Below, piece after piece: positions 12,181-24,309 of a DNA stretch of 64,000 bases. This stretch comes from Balanoglossus misakiensis (lineage: Eukaryota > Animalia > Hemichordata). The position numbers and the translations under genes were made by a program. Every line of letters starts with the position of its first letter. Position 1 is the first letter of the stretch. The stretch lies in contig CM082590.2 in assembly GCA_040954595.2 (NCBI GenBank), positions 5,146,001-5,210,000 on the forward strand. The letters are read 5' to 3'. The notes under the pieces were generated by a model. The model was not told the origin of the DNA, ran no database searches, and worked only from the letters and a program-made list of their open reading frames with translations.

Positions 12181-12912
12181 GTCTAGGTTACCCAGAACCC
12201 TCTGCTTCTTCCGTTGGGCACTCTAGAAAGAGGGTCTGGGGAAATACCATAGACAAATCGCCGGGCAAAGATGGCCGCCTTCAGACAAAAAGCGATGCAG
12301 CGAAGCGGTCCAGAAATATAATGCAAGGGGTGGAGGGAACAGCGTTCAACCGTCTCGATGGACTCTCGCACGCTCAAATGACGGATTCAACGTACCGAGT
12401 GTGTAATGTGTTGAAAACTGCATCTGCTCGCTCTGAACCTTTAGCGCAACCAAATACATCTAAGTAATTAATGCATCAGTATACACAAACATACGACACA
12501 ACCCAACACAGAACTCAGCACTCGGCATTAACTGAAAGCAGCAAATGCTTCAGCGAAACCACAGTTATGACCGTATGTACATGTAGACTCATACACATCT
12601 GAAGTTTGCATTTGTTTTACGCCCGCCAAGCTGAAAGTTTTTGTTTCAGGGTTTTGACAAATATCTTTGGAGTAGGCAAGTGACAGGCAAAATCAGGAAA
12701 CAGATGATGTCTCATGACACGCGGCGATGGTGTGATTTTCAACATTACCTACACAGTCGTAAATTGCGACAACATGTGGTGGGAAAGTATTAGACATGAC
12801 CACAGCAACACATGGCAAAGCCAAGCCAAATTCTAACAGGAACATTGCGATCGTACTTTGAACTTGTAGGGCTTCCCAACAGCCAGCAATCTAGACTTAT
12901 CAACTGAAGACA

Positions 12913-13013
12913 TAGTTGTGGATACGCAGCTGTTCCGCCGGGGGGGGGGGGGGGGGAGATGCGGGGAATTAATATATCCCCCCCCCGGTGGAACAGCTGC
13001 ATTTCCACAGCTA
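12913..13013. mobile_element. Small TA-flanked foldback element with poly-G/poly-C arms
   Basis: TAGTTGTGGATACGCAGCTGTTCCGCCGGGG... pairs with ...CCCCGGTGGAACAGCTGCATTTCCACAGCTA. Confidence 0.65.
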
Positions 13014-14111
13014 CTGAAGATTCAACTCCGAAAAAGTTGGATTTTGAGAAATTTAGTTCCACTTTCCTCGTGCGACGGAAGATTCAGAACAAGTTTTGCT
13101 TTCCAAAAATCTACGCTGGACGCCCATTTGCGTAATACGCCCTTTACGGTAACAATAAACTTTACCAAGAAATGCCCACACTAGATGATTTCATGTCTTC
13201 GTACAAACACAGAGAAATAAACTGTCAGGTTTAATCCCCCTGAAAATTTTTCGTTGCCTTTATGCAAAATACAGAAGGATTTTTCAAGACATCGACCGAC
13301 CGTGTTATGTCAAGTGTCCATGGCTGTTTAGCCAACATCGCGAAACTTATTATAGGCTTATATTGAGCATTTGTGAACAGATAAACAGTTAGGCGTAGGT
13401 CACACTATACATGTATATGGCTTAGTCTATATTCTTGTGTCAAGAATGGCGCGATTCGAGCGCCTGTTCCACCACGGGCGTCATGGAACAATATCATATG
13501 CCTATATTCACGTGCCCATGTAAAGTCTATGGGGAAAAGCGCCCTCACATCCGTGCAGTTTTTTTGCTTATCACGCCCCGGCCCGGTGACCATATTTAGA
13601 AGACGCGTTGAATATCCGAATCTAGTTTTGTGTTTATTGCGCGAGATTCGAAAGTTGTCGTTGCTACGTTCTGAATTAAATTTTTCTGGTGCGGTGTCAG
13701 TGACTAGTGCAATTGCAGTGTGTGTATGTCCTATGCCGCTACCGAATCCCATCATCTCCCGTAATCGCTTCATATTGTAGAGCTTTATTTGGAAATATGA
13801 ATAGTAAAATTGATGATTTGATCTGATTAATGTGTGACTGTCAGCGTCGATCGTCGCGAAGAAAAAATAATGTTTTGCTCGCGCTCGGCTGTGTGAGTTC
13901 GAGCGCGTCTATATCTCACGTGCAATAGAATGTAAACAAATGACATCGTGCATATCAATCCGCAAGAACTGGCGGAATGCGCCTCTATGCTACGGGATAG
14001 ATCATTTAAAAACGATAGATAAAAACGTAATATTTACATTCTAAAATATTACAGAATGTGTATTTTATTAGTTTCTTGTTGATTATTGTTCAATAATGCA
14101 TATGATAAAAC

Positions 14112-14231
14112 CTTTACGGCCCTGATACGGGTTTTGCGGCCCTCGGTCGTACGGCGATTCGCGCCTTCCCTGCGGTCGGGCGCTTCCGCCGTACGGCCTC
14201 GGGCCGCAAAACCCGTATCAGGGCCGTAAAG
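14112..14231. repeat. Long hairpin with perfect 31-bp arms
   Basis: CTTTACGGCCCTGATACGGGTTTTGCGGCCC (14112-14142) is the exact reverse complement of 14201-14231. There is further inner pairing (GTCGTACGGCG / CGCCGTACGGC). Confidence 0.9.
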
Positions 14232-14871
14232 ATTAATAAAGTGTATGGATAATTTAGCATAGGCCTAAACGAACACACAATAAATTATTTCGTGTTTTTT
14301 TATGTGAACAAGAACTACACTCACGAACGGCCTAGCAAAATATGCGAGCGAACGCACTAGCGCCGCGTTCCGCGAAAATGATGGCGCAATCTACAACCGC
14401 ACGCGCCCGGCCCAGCTGGCCAAGACAGACGCGCCCGTATACAGTATTTGTGTACTCACGTACTAGACTTGCTCCAAGTCTATGGGATGTGTAGGGAACG
14501 TGTCGGCCCATAGACTTGTACACCTTGCTGCTTTCCGGTTGCTATGAATTTACGTCATTTATGAATATTCATTAGCTAATTTAAATAGTGGGCGGAGTTT
14601 CAATGTATTACCTCGAGTACCCGAAAATCATATTTGGGTCGCTCATAGCGAAAACGCAAACGGGTTTACTCATTTTATGTGAAATTCGTTCATCAATTTT
14701 TATGGTCTGATGGCTGAAACCATAGTTGCAGTGCAGCGACACTGTACGATGTATACGCTCAAATTACAGAGTGCGCGTGCCACACAAACAGACGTTGACA
14801 TCACAGGTCGCGCCGTACTTGACTTACGAACGTGGGTTCTACGCGTTCACGTTATATCACATCTCTTTATT

Positions 14872-15462
14872 AGAGAGGTTTAGTTACACGTAAATACGCG
14901 TACGTCTGACGGCAGGCAGTGGCGTTCGCGTATGCGTAGCGACGCGTGAATTTTGCAGTTTAGTTGTCCGTTTTAAAAACCAAAAATATTTAAAAACAAC
15001 AGAAAATTCAAATATTTATCACTTCAATAAATTTTGTGTGTGATGAATATTCTCTAAGATCACCACCCTTGCAATAAGTTTCTTGACTGCAGTGGAAATA
15101 TAGTTTAGTGAAGTTTTCCGATGTCTTTGTCGAGGCGTCCACTGAAAACGTAGTTTGGGAATACATTTTTGTGTTTATGTTTTGAAAACACCAAATAGCG
15201 CCGGTTTTAGCACATATGGCAGATTTTTTTAGATAACATGGATTCTGGCTACATCGCAATTGCACTGCAGAGATCAATCGCTCAAATTAAAGAGAGAATA
15301 TGGAGAAATTCCGAAAAAATGTTACACGTAATCATGATTACGCGTAGAAGCGTCGCTTGCCGTTCCGAACGTCTGTTCTACGCGTACGCGACCTCTGCTT
15401 ATCACGTGACAATGACGCTACGCGTACTGATCGAACGTATTTACGTGTAACTAAACCTCTCT
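14872..15462. mobile_element. PIF/Harbinger-like MITE, 591 bp
   Basis: Perfect 27-bp TIR AGAGAGGTTTAGTTACACGTAAATACG / CGTATTTACGTGTAACTAAACCTCTCT. 3-bp TSD ATT at 14869-14871 and 15463-15465. Confidence 0.85.
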
Positions 15463-15555
15463 ATTCTCATTGGCGCACGGGATCGACGCCCCTGTCAATC
15501 ATTCTCGACTCCGTCAACAAACGGCCTGAGCGTTTGTAGATATTGCAAGGTGTAC

Positions 15556-15734
15556 TAGTCGCTTGGTCGACGCTACCCGAAACCACAAGCTCAGTCGCAA
15601 ATTCGAAACTCGCCTCACTACCAAAAACACGCTAAAGGCAAGCATGCACGCAAAAAGTATTGAAATTATTTATTAAGACAAAAAACCACCGAAAACACAA
15701 AAAGTATTGAGATTTAAAAATCACCAAGCGACTA
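15556..15734. mobile_element. Small TA-flanked MITE
   Basis: Inverted ends ACTAGTCGCTTGGT (15554-15567) and ACCAAGCGACTAGT (15723-15736). Confidence 0.6.
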
Positions 15735-17278
15735 GTGGGCTAGTCTACTCACGTACGTACACAGGGCAGATCAGTTGCGGGTGCGCACGCATGCGTAGAC
15801 ATCGCCTTTACTGCTCAAGACGAGATCGTATACACACGGTGCCTATCCCCTATAGAGGTACGCGTACGGTGTGGTTTTGCACATAAAGTTAACAATGACC
15901 TTGCTTTAGTGCATTTCTCGTCCACACCAAACAAACCCATGAAATATTTTATTCTTTGTTCATTGAGGACGTCGCGTTTATGCTAAGTTTATTAATATCT
16001 ATACACTTTATTGTTCCATGACGCCCGTGGTTCCACCTGTTGCAGTCATCTCAACAACAAGCTGACTGACTAAATATACTTGGAATCGGACAACAGTGTG
16101 GTAAGGTTTATCAGCGGAATCTAACCAACGTGCCAAGCTCAATGCAATGCAGGGCCGGGTTAACGCAGATTTGAGTCGTAGCAAGGCTGGCTTCTGTAGC
16201 TTGATTGGTCGTTGCGTCAAGTGTTTTGCATGGATGATACACGTCCTTCTATACCAGCGCAAACTCCACTGCAGTTGCCACGACCTAGTAGAATGTTCAG
16301 TTGCTGTCATGCCCAGTCTACGCTACAGTGGGTTGCTTCGTTCATGCAAAAAAATAATTCTAAAAATAGAATTTCAGGGATTTGTGGGCAATTTTTTCCA
16401 ACAAACAATGCACACAAGGGCAACGCGACGAGAGTTTCCGTTTGAAGTTTTATAACCAGTTTATATATTTTAATGCGGTGTGGCAGGCTATATATTTATT
16501 GGTCAGAACTGGAATAGAGGATTTCTTTCATGCTGTTATCAGTAAGAGGGGTTCTCGTTTATTGGTCCTTTATTACGATACACACTAATTTTTACATATA
16601 CATCTGCTGAACTTGATCTCACACTCAACAAAAACAACAGCACTTCCTTCTATTTTAAATCATGACAATTTGTGTGACAGTGACACTTGCGCCATAACAT
16701 TTTACCTATAGCTTCGTTGACACGACTGCTTGGTACATGGTACACGGTATGTTTGGTGAACGAATGACAAATCCAGCATCATCGAGAGGTTTGCTTTACG
16801 TGCGTGAGCGAGCCATGTTGACTGCGCGTGATTCAAGAGCAGACGACATGTACTGCCGCAGAAGGAAGGAAAAAAATAAACAAATCGCCAGTCGAGGTCA
16901 GGTTTGGAAATTATTCAATACCGCCGTATTTATTCTGTGTACGTTTGCATTTCTTTTTTAGCCCTTAAAATGTTCGCATTGTTTGAAAACCTCCGTTATT
17001 CAGTCAGAAATTGTACACGTCCGCTGGTTCTTGGGCGCGTCGCGCGTCCACGTAATAACACCATACATTATCAGTAATTATATTATACCAGTATATTGAT
17101 GGTGTAAATCACGTTATTTTATTGGTCGAGACACGACACGTGACTGTGATATATTAGTCATATACCACAGTCATATATCATAGTAAAAAAATGCCTTTTT
17201 AAATGTTTTATGCAAAGTTTCAATATACTGACATAATATAATAGCAATAAAACACCCCCAGCCATGGTATACCACAAT

Positions 17279-17350
17279 ATTTTGACCAGTTCAACTCCAT
17301 ATACGCACGAGCGATATCGAGTGCGTATATGGAGTTGAACTGGTCAAAAT
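17279..17350. repeat. Hairpin with perfect 30-bp arms and a GAGCGATATCGA loop
   Basis: ATTTTGACCAGTTCAACTCCATATACGCAC and its exact reverse complement, separated by 12 nt. Confidence 0.9.
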
Positions 17351-17459
17351 CGAGTGTTTTATTGATTAGTTTAATGCGATTTATTGCTTATTGCTTAATA
17401 ATGTACAGCTATGACGTCACAAAATTCACTGGTATTGATAAGCAATAATATAATTACAT

Positions 17460-18543
17460 ATAAATATGCTGAACTTGATCTCACAGTAAAAAACAACAAC
17501 ATTTCCTGCTCTGAATGATTTATTTCTTTTTTAAATCATGACAATTTGTGCATTTAAAGAAAAAATACATTGAAGTACTAATTTTTTAAACAATCCATAA
17601 TTAAACAAAACATATGTAAAGTTTGGGACGTTGGGAATAAGGCAGATGGATAGTTGTCAACTATTTTTATATTGACCTAAGTTCAAAAATGTGTGAGATT
17701 GATAATAAACCGAGTCAACTGATATGTGGGTGTAGAATAGATTTATGTGATTACATTAACTTACGTTGGTCTGCACGTCGACGCTGGCATTGAATTGCAG
17801 TAGAAGTTTCACCACGCCACCATGGCCATTTACTGCTGCATGGTGTAATGGTGCCTCACCATTCTGTGGGAATACAACAAATAATGTGTCACTGAAAATC
17901 CATGACAATAAGCATAAAATGGAACACGCAATGTTTCATTAAGCATGCACTGTTATACACATTCTGAACATTCATTTGTGAGATGGTACAACATGTATGC
18001 CAAAACTTTTTTGGGCGGGGGTGGGGGGGGGGGGGATAAATTAATAGTAGGATACATCCCAGTCCCCCACGTAATGGACATTAATGCATTATGTGGTAAT
18101 AGGGCAGTGTCCTTTGAGGGTACATTAACATCACATGGAATCTTTTACTTGAGATTTAGGATACGCGCGTTTGTTGTTTTCATTTGGAGATATCCTCTGT
18201 ACAATACCTCAAACTGACAATGATCTAAATATTATAACAGCCTAGACAGCAGTTTCATTACCCCTTAAAAGAGCATTGGAATTAGCCAATGAAAGAACGC
18301 AAATTATGAATCAAAGGTAACAAATATGCGGAACCACTATTGATATTCAAATGATTATGGTGGACTTCAGCCAGACAACTTTTAAAAGTCTCGCTAGCCA
18401 GACCTCTCTCTCTGTCATTCGACGGCATAGCCACACGAAGTGCGCCACTAGCGGTGAAGCCACAAAAATCGAGCATCGGAGACAACGTCGCCGCTTGTGG
18501 CGCCCTTCGTGTGCCTGGCCGCGACTTCGACTGAAAGCGAGGT
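17460..18543 (+). repeat. Copy 2 of the ~1.05-kb intronic direct duplication
   Basis: Colinear with 11110-12165; ends inside the foldback MITE. Confidence 0.9.
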
Positions 18544-19229
18544 GATGACGGTTAATGAAAGAATCCCACTTTGTAGATTTTCGGTTGAAAAGTCATCCCA
18601 AGTGTTGGGATTTTTCCGTTGGAAAAATGACCCTTCTGGGTGACACATACCCGTACACCTTCCTATGGGAGTACCCCCGGCCAGTTGTGCAGGATACATG
18701 GCACCCCTACAATTTACAATTATTTATTTTCGGAGCTTTATTTCGCTTCGCCGTTGTTACTGACAGCTATTACACTACAGTTTGTTTAAATATAAAATAA
18801 ATGTGTCATCGTGCATGTAGCAATACTTCATGGTTAAGTCCCTAACTTTCCGGTCAAAATGTTAACTAGTGGTAGTTTATTATCGAAATATCTAATTACG
18901 AATTTCGATATGAACACCCTGAACCCAACCTCTCATTTACTCGGCGTTTTAATAAAATATTGCTTTATAGTGGTATGATATTCAAAAGTGAATTGGTTGG
19001 TCTCAAAAATGATAACAATTTAACTTGGCAGCAGGTATAGCCACGATCCAAAAACTCTCCCTCAAACTCTTTCATACTCTTCATAATCCTATTATGTGTG
19101 TCGGTTTATTGCAGTAACACTAGTTTCGTAATTGACATCCGGAAGGTCGTCAACACTACAAAATATAAGTACAGTGTCACCTTTTTGGCCGTTCGGGCTA
19201 TTGGTGAGTGAGCATGTAAAGCCCCTTAC

Positions 19230-19328
19230 CTCATTCTTAGCATTGACGTCAGCTCCGTGGTCGATCAACACTTGTGCCGCTTCCCGTTGATTTGCGAGGG
19301 CTGCTAACTGCAATGCTGTGTATCCAGA
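19230..19328 (-). CDS. ROCO gene exon 3, one full ankyrin repeat (SGYTALQLAALANQREAAQVLIDHGADVNAKNE)
   Basis: 99 nt, phase 0. Acceptor tcaatttcag, donor GAG|gtaagg. Contains the canonical ankyrin GADVNAK motif. Confidence 0.9.
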
Positions 19329-19656
19329 CTGAAATTGACAAATTCATTTGAATTAAAATGAACACAAGCTATGTTCCAATGTTGGACGTGTTAGGCGATT
19401 TTGCTATAATTTCACTGGAATCGATTTATAACTATAAGTATTGACTTATATTATGAGTTAAATGTGTGTAGCATCTATAGTTGTTTCAGACCAAAACACT
19501 ATTGTTTCAGACAACATTTATAACGTGTCCTATAGAATTTTCAAACAAGTGAAACTCTATAAAATTCTAATATAATGTAGCGCACTAAACATGTTTATGC
19601 AGACTCATAGGTGCAACAGGTCTTAATATCATTTCATAAATTACATTGATATGTTC

Positions 19657-19930
19657 AAATTTCAATCACACCAACTACTCTAACAGATAAACATGGCAGA
19701 CGTGATACACCCGACACATACAATCCCTCGTGTTTCTCTGTTGATGTAAGTTGAAGTCTGGCCCGCTATGAACCCAACATTGGCATGGGACATCTTGAAA
19801 TTTTCAATCACACCAAGTACTCTAACAGATAAACATGGCGGACGTGATACACTCGACACACACAATCCTGTGTTTCTCTGTCGATGTAAGTTAATATTTA
19901 GGTATAGCCTGCTATGAACCCAACGTTGGT
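19657..19930 (+). repeat. Tandem duplication, two copies of ~142 bp
   Basis: TTTCAATCACACCAA.TACTCTAACAGATAAACATGGC.GACGTGATACAC...GCTATGAACCCAAC.TTGG occurs twice. Confidence 0.85.
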
Positions 19931-21378
19931 ACGTACGGTACATCAATGTTATAATTATTTAATGTTGCTAGGAAACATCAGAAAAAGAATTGTCTAAACC
20001 AGTCTGGACATATTCTCAATTTAATTTGTCATTTTTTTTAAAAAAAAGCGTTTGTAGTATCCATTGAATGGAAGTGAAATTACCTATGTTTTTTTTATCA
20101 ATTTTAAACTCTAAACGTTCTGGTTCACCGAATTTAACAAAAAACACAAAAGGAAAATTGTGGTCGCGCAAATAAGTGTGAAAGTGGAGTTTACTAAACA
20201 AATTGAATTCGCCCTTCTAATAAACATAAGAAAGTTGCTTGTTGAATGTATGTGACCAACCAATCTGATTAAATTCAGATGTAGAGTTAGGCGTTGTTTT
20301 TACCTATGGTGATCATTTTGACTGTTCTGTTCTCTGTCTTGGCCGTTCTCGGGTGGACGGTCCCTTTCCGAACAGAAAAGCCAAGAATCAGCAATAGTAA
20401 AGCCACCGCCTAACTCTACATCCGGATTCAACCAGATAGTTTTGTGACAATCTGAGACGGTCTCTAAGCTCACAATGGCACATAATGCATGGGACACATG
20501 CAATCAATAGCTTCCTTCACAAATAATAATATCGTCCAAATGGCAACTCTCCAGCCTGCAATGACACAGATTCCACATATTCTTCGGGTGTCCACAAATG
20601 AAACATTTCAGCCTGGCCTTGTCAAGACTCTGATATTCTCCCTGTATTCCACATAGACAAGCACTATGTCCTTACTCTGGCATTGTTCTATGTCCATTGA
20701 GGTACAGTAACACATTCATCTCAAAACATGTGTGTTTATTCACTCAAGTAATTTAAACAGCAAAGATATCCATTGAAGAGCCAGAGGAAATAAATATTGC
20801 AATCAATCAACAGCTGCCCCACCTCAAAGATTCAAATCATGCCTGAAGAATACACTTGTACTACAAACACCACAGACTAAAGAAATCCGCACTTTTTGTT
20901 TATAAGGGCAATCAACGGCACTCTTTTCCATGACCATATTCACCTGAATTCTGATCGACTTACGACCCGGTATTTTAATCTCTACGTTGTGTCGCTTTTG
21001 GGGGGTTTTAATTTTTTGAACACACTCATTTATTATAACATTTTCATTCATCTAGAATTGTCAACAACCGCGCCACAGACTGTTACTGGTCACAATATAT
21101 GGATACTTGGACATTTCATCCAATACTATGTTCTTACTCGTTTCAGTTTCAAATTTTCTTTCTAACCTCAAATAGCTATAAGAGAAACAAAGGATGAAAC
21201 AAGCTTTATTTTGTGACACACGTTTTTTATTTCAAATGCATTAAGCTTGTATATGAAACACAGGAAAGGTTTGTGTTCATCAGTGAGTCAAGGTCAAATC
21301 TTTTGCCGCTTCAGATTCGTTACCTTTGTGACTGGGTTGTACGTGTGAAATGTTGAGTGAGGCAGTGTAAATACTTAC

Positions 21379-21477
21379 CAAGAACGAGTATTGACCCTTT
21401 GCATTGACATCGTACCCATCAGCTATCAAGGACCGAATCCTTGCAACATCACCATTCTCAGCGGCTTTAAAGAGATC
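21379..21477 (-). CDS. ROCO gene exon 2, ankyrin repeat (DLFKAAENGDVARIRSLIADGYDVNAKGQYSFL)
   Basis: 99 nt, phase 0. Acceptor gttatag, donor TTG|gtaagt. Matches the N-terminal ankyrin pattern LxxAAxxGxxxxxxxLIxxGxDVNA. Confidence 0.88.
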
Positions 21478-22167
21478 CTATAACATTCAGTGAAACATAC
21501 AATTGTTATTTTTTAAATAATCCTTTAAAAATAAATTTCTTCAGAATTTTAACTGATCTTCGATAATGAATGAACAAAATCACAAACACCATGAAGGTGA
21601 CACCTAATCTGTTATACATGTATCACATTATGTAAACCATGTGCATCGATGATATGGTAAAGTATTCTAATTACACATAAACGTATGAGCCCATGGACTC
21701 ATGATAATGCAACAGTCTCAAGAGAACGGTGAACAAATGAAATGAAGGTATCACCATGAATGTTTGTCCAAACTGTGTGGGCAAGTTATTGTGTAGCTGT
21801 AGTAGTGTGTGGGTCGTGCGACAGCTTTGTATACCTGGTCGCTGATGTACTTCCCAAGAAGCATTTTTGACTGTTTGATAGGATTTGCATGATTTCATAA
21901 AAGAAACGTGAACAAGGTTATGGTCAATTAACTGTCCAGACGCTTTATTGTTATAGTCTACAGATTTGGGATGTCGTCCTGTTGGTCAGAACATGGAATC
22001 CACAACCGACGGTCGGCAAAGAACGTCACACCACGGCTGTCACTACACGGCCAAACAGATAACACTTGTTTCCGTTGTGATCAGCCATAAAGTCGCGGTC
22101 CATGTAGACTAGTTCCTTTCTATCGGTTAGAATATCTCACTTTTATAGTAGTTAACCATATGCGCAT

Positions 22168-22421
22168 AGGGACTGGTCAGTTTCTTATTTTTTCTCTTTT
22201 ATTAAAAATCATTATGTGATGAATGCAAAAAGGTCAGTTTCTTCGGCCGGGGGTGGATTATATTTTGTGGATAACAAAAAGTGACTGACCCGAACCCCTC
22301 ATTGGACATGGAAAAATGGGTGACCGCCGGTGACCCCCCTACATCACCCAATTCCAAAACAGGGTGACCTCTCCCATGAATACACCGCCCCCACCCAGGG
22401 CAAAGAAACTGACCAGTCCCT
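22168..22421. mobile_element. Harbinger-like MITE
   Basis: 19-bp TIR AGGGACTGGTCAGTTTCTT / AAGAAACTGACCAGTCCCT. Confidence 0.7.
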
Positions 22422-23991
22422 TATTTCGAGATTTATATGCCATTATTCTTTGGAGTTGTGGTTAATTCACGCACGCGCAAAATATCCCTTAATGGAAAAA
22501 ATGTGAATTTTTGTGAGTTTTGATCGCGAATAATAAAACATGGTGCAGACATTGCTGAAAGGAAATCATTCCATCGGCGAAATTATGATCACAAAACACT
22601 TGAATTCCAACAAAACGAAAACAATGAACGATAAGGTATTCCAGGTTAACGACAACGGGCCCATAATGCACTACTGAGCACAACATGTCTGACTTGTAAA
22701 TTTGTACAAATGAAGAACTTGCTGGTGTATAACCATCCCCCTCGTCTTGTACATGAAGGCAGAAGACAATAAACTACATTTAAATGTGCTAGTACCCCAT
22801 TAATTTTGCTTGTACACGTAACTGTTTATTAGAAATAAAAGAACTGATGCATGGTGTACCTTAATCTTACGTTGATTTGGGATTAAAGCGTGCATTAGCA
22901 ACTTCTTCACTGTGGTATATTAGTGTCACGAGTTTTGGAACAAACATTCTGTGATGAAATTATTGTTTATGGTCAGTAGATAGCACAATTTTATGTTTAC
23001 ACACGCACCGATTTAATTGCATTTCTTTTGGGGTTACAACAAATATGTGTTCTTGGAGAGAGAGTCGGTGTATAAACGTCGAGGGGATAAAATATTCATT
23101 GCTTTTTGTTCTTCCAAACTTAAGCAAGGGGTTTGGGGTCAAATGAAAATAATTGCATTTGACATGCCTCACTTTATGCATTATTTTCGTGATTTTATTA
23201 TCAAATGTCGATTGGTTTATTTTTAAAAGCTGACTCGTGGGTATTCACATATGTATCATCAACCTCTTGTGTCGTCTGTCGGCAAAGGATGCGGAGAAGA
23301 TTGAGTCAGCTCATGGGGAATTAATAATTATCCACGACCCCTTATGACCAACACCATGCCTGCGTCACCTTGCATGAACTCATTTCAGGTCAAAGGTTAT
23401 CACTCGTTGATACGGCGTCAATCCTGACTGTCCTATATAAAGACGCACAGCCAGAATGGTTTCAAAGTAACACAGGCATGGATTTCAACAATTTATTTAT
23501 ATAAAGTTAGAGCTTGCTCGATAAATTTTGCTTGCAGTATAACAGCAAAATAGTTAATAAATGTAACCAATATAATTCCAAAAAATCCTTCTTTTTGTCT
23601 CAAGTTGGAGTAGCCACGAAATGTCGTAATCATTTTGACATAACGTCAACCGAGTTATTATTTATGAATGCACTAATATTATAATGCATACACATACAAT
23701 GAAAGTTCTGATGTTTTGCGTGTGTCAAGCAAGCATGACCTTTGAATAAAATTAAACCACTTAGACCGTATAAAACGAATACAACGCCACAAGTCTACGT
23801 AGCATTCATAAGTCTTGTGACACAATGTTCAAAGTGGTTTTACATGTCAAATGTGCATGGGGTTGAATGGGTGAATTTTCAAACGCAGTCTTCAGTCCAG
23901 AAAAATAAAGCACATAAAGCAGTTGTCGTCACTTCCTGACTGAGTTGCCCTTGGTGTGAAATGTATTTGCTACAGTTAAAAGTTCACTTAC

Positions 23992-24021
23992 CTGCGGATC
24001 CTTACGTTTTCCCGAAGCCAT
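23992..24021 (-). CDS. Probable first coding exon of the ROCO gene (MASGKRKDPQ)
   Basis: ATG in a good context (ATCATGG), 30 coding nt, then a perfect donor CAG|gtaagt in phase 0, compatible with exon 2. Confidence 0.7.
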
Positions 24022-24099
24022 GATTACGTCATTGACATTGTGTTAGAATACTTCAAGAATCTGGATCAGTAGCACCGCTCTCTAGAGTTGAACAAGTCA

Positions 24100-24300
24100 C
24101 ATTCGTATGTGTTCAAAATGGCGTTGACTACCTGGTCAGGTGACGTTGACAAAATTTTCGGGAAATTGTCTGATAAATGAGAAAGTACGTTAAAACAACA
24201 AAAAATACCGGCACTTGGTCAAAGTTCATGACATCATAGAGGTGTGCCATATACAATACTACGGTGACGTCACAGCATAATTCATTCAATGTGTGTGTTT
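24100..24300 (-). promoter_or_regulatory. Putative proximal promoter of the ROCO gene with a full CRE site
   Basis: Palindromic TGACGTCA at 24265-24272 plus related half sites (TGACGT, TGACAT), 100-250 bp upstream of the ATG. Motif evidence only. Confidence 0.35.
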
Positions 24301-24309
24301 CTGAGTTAA

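Noticed and set aside
20540-20680. Possible gag zinc-knuckle remnant (KCFICGHPKNMWNLC) on the minus strand
   Set aside because: The spacing does not fit CX2CX4HX4C, and no LTR or pol sequence supports it.
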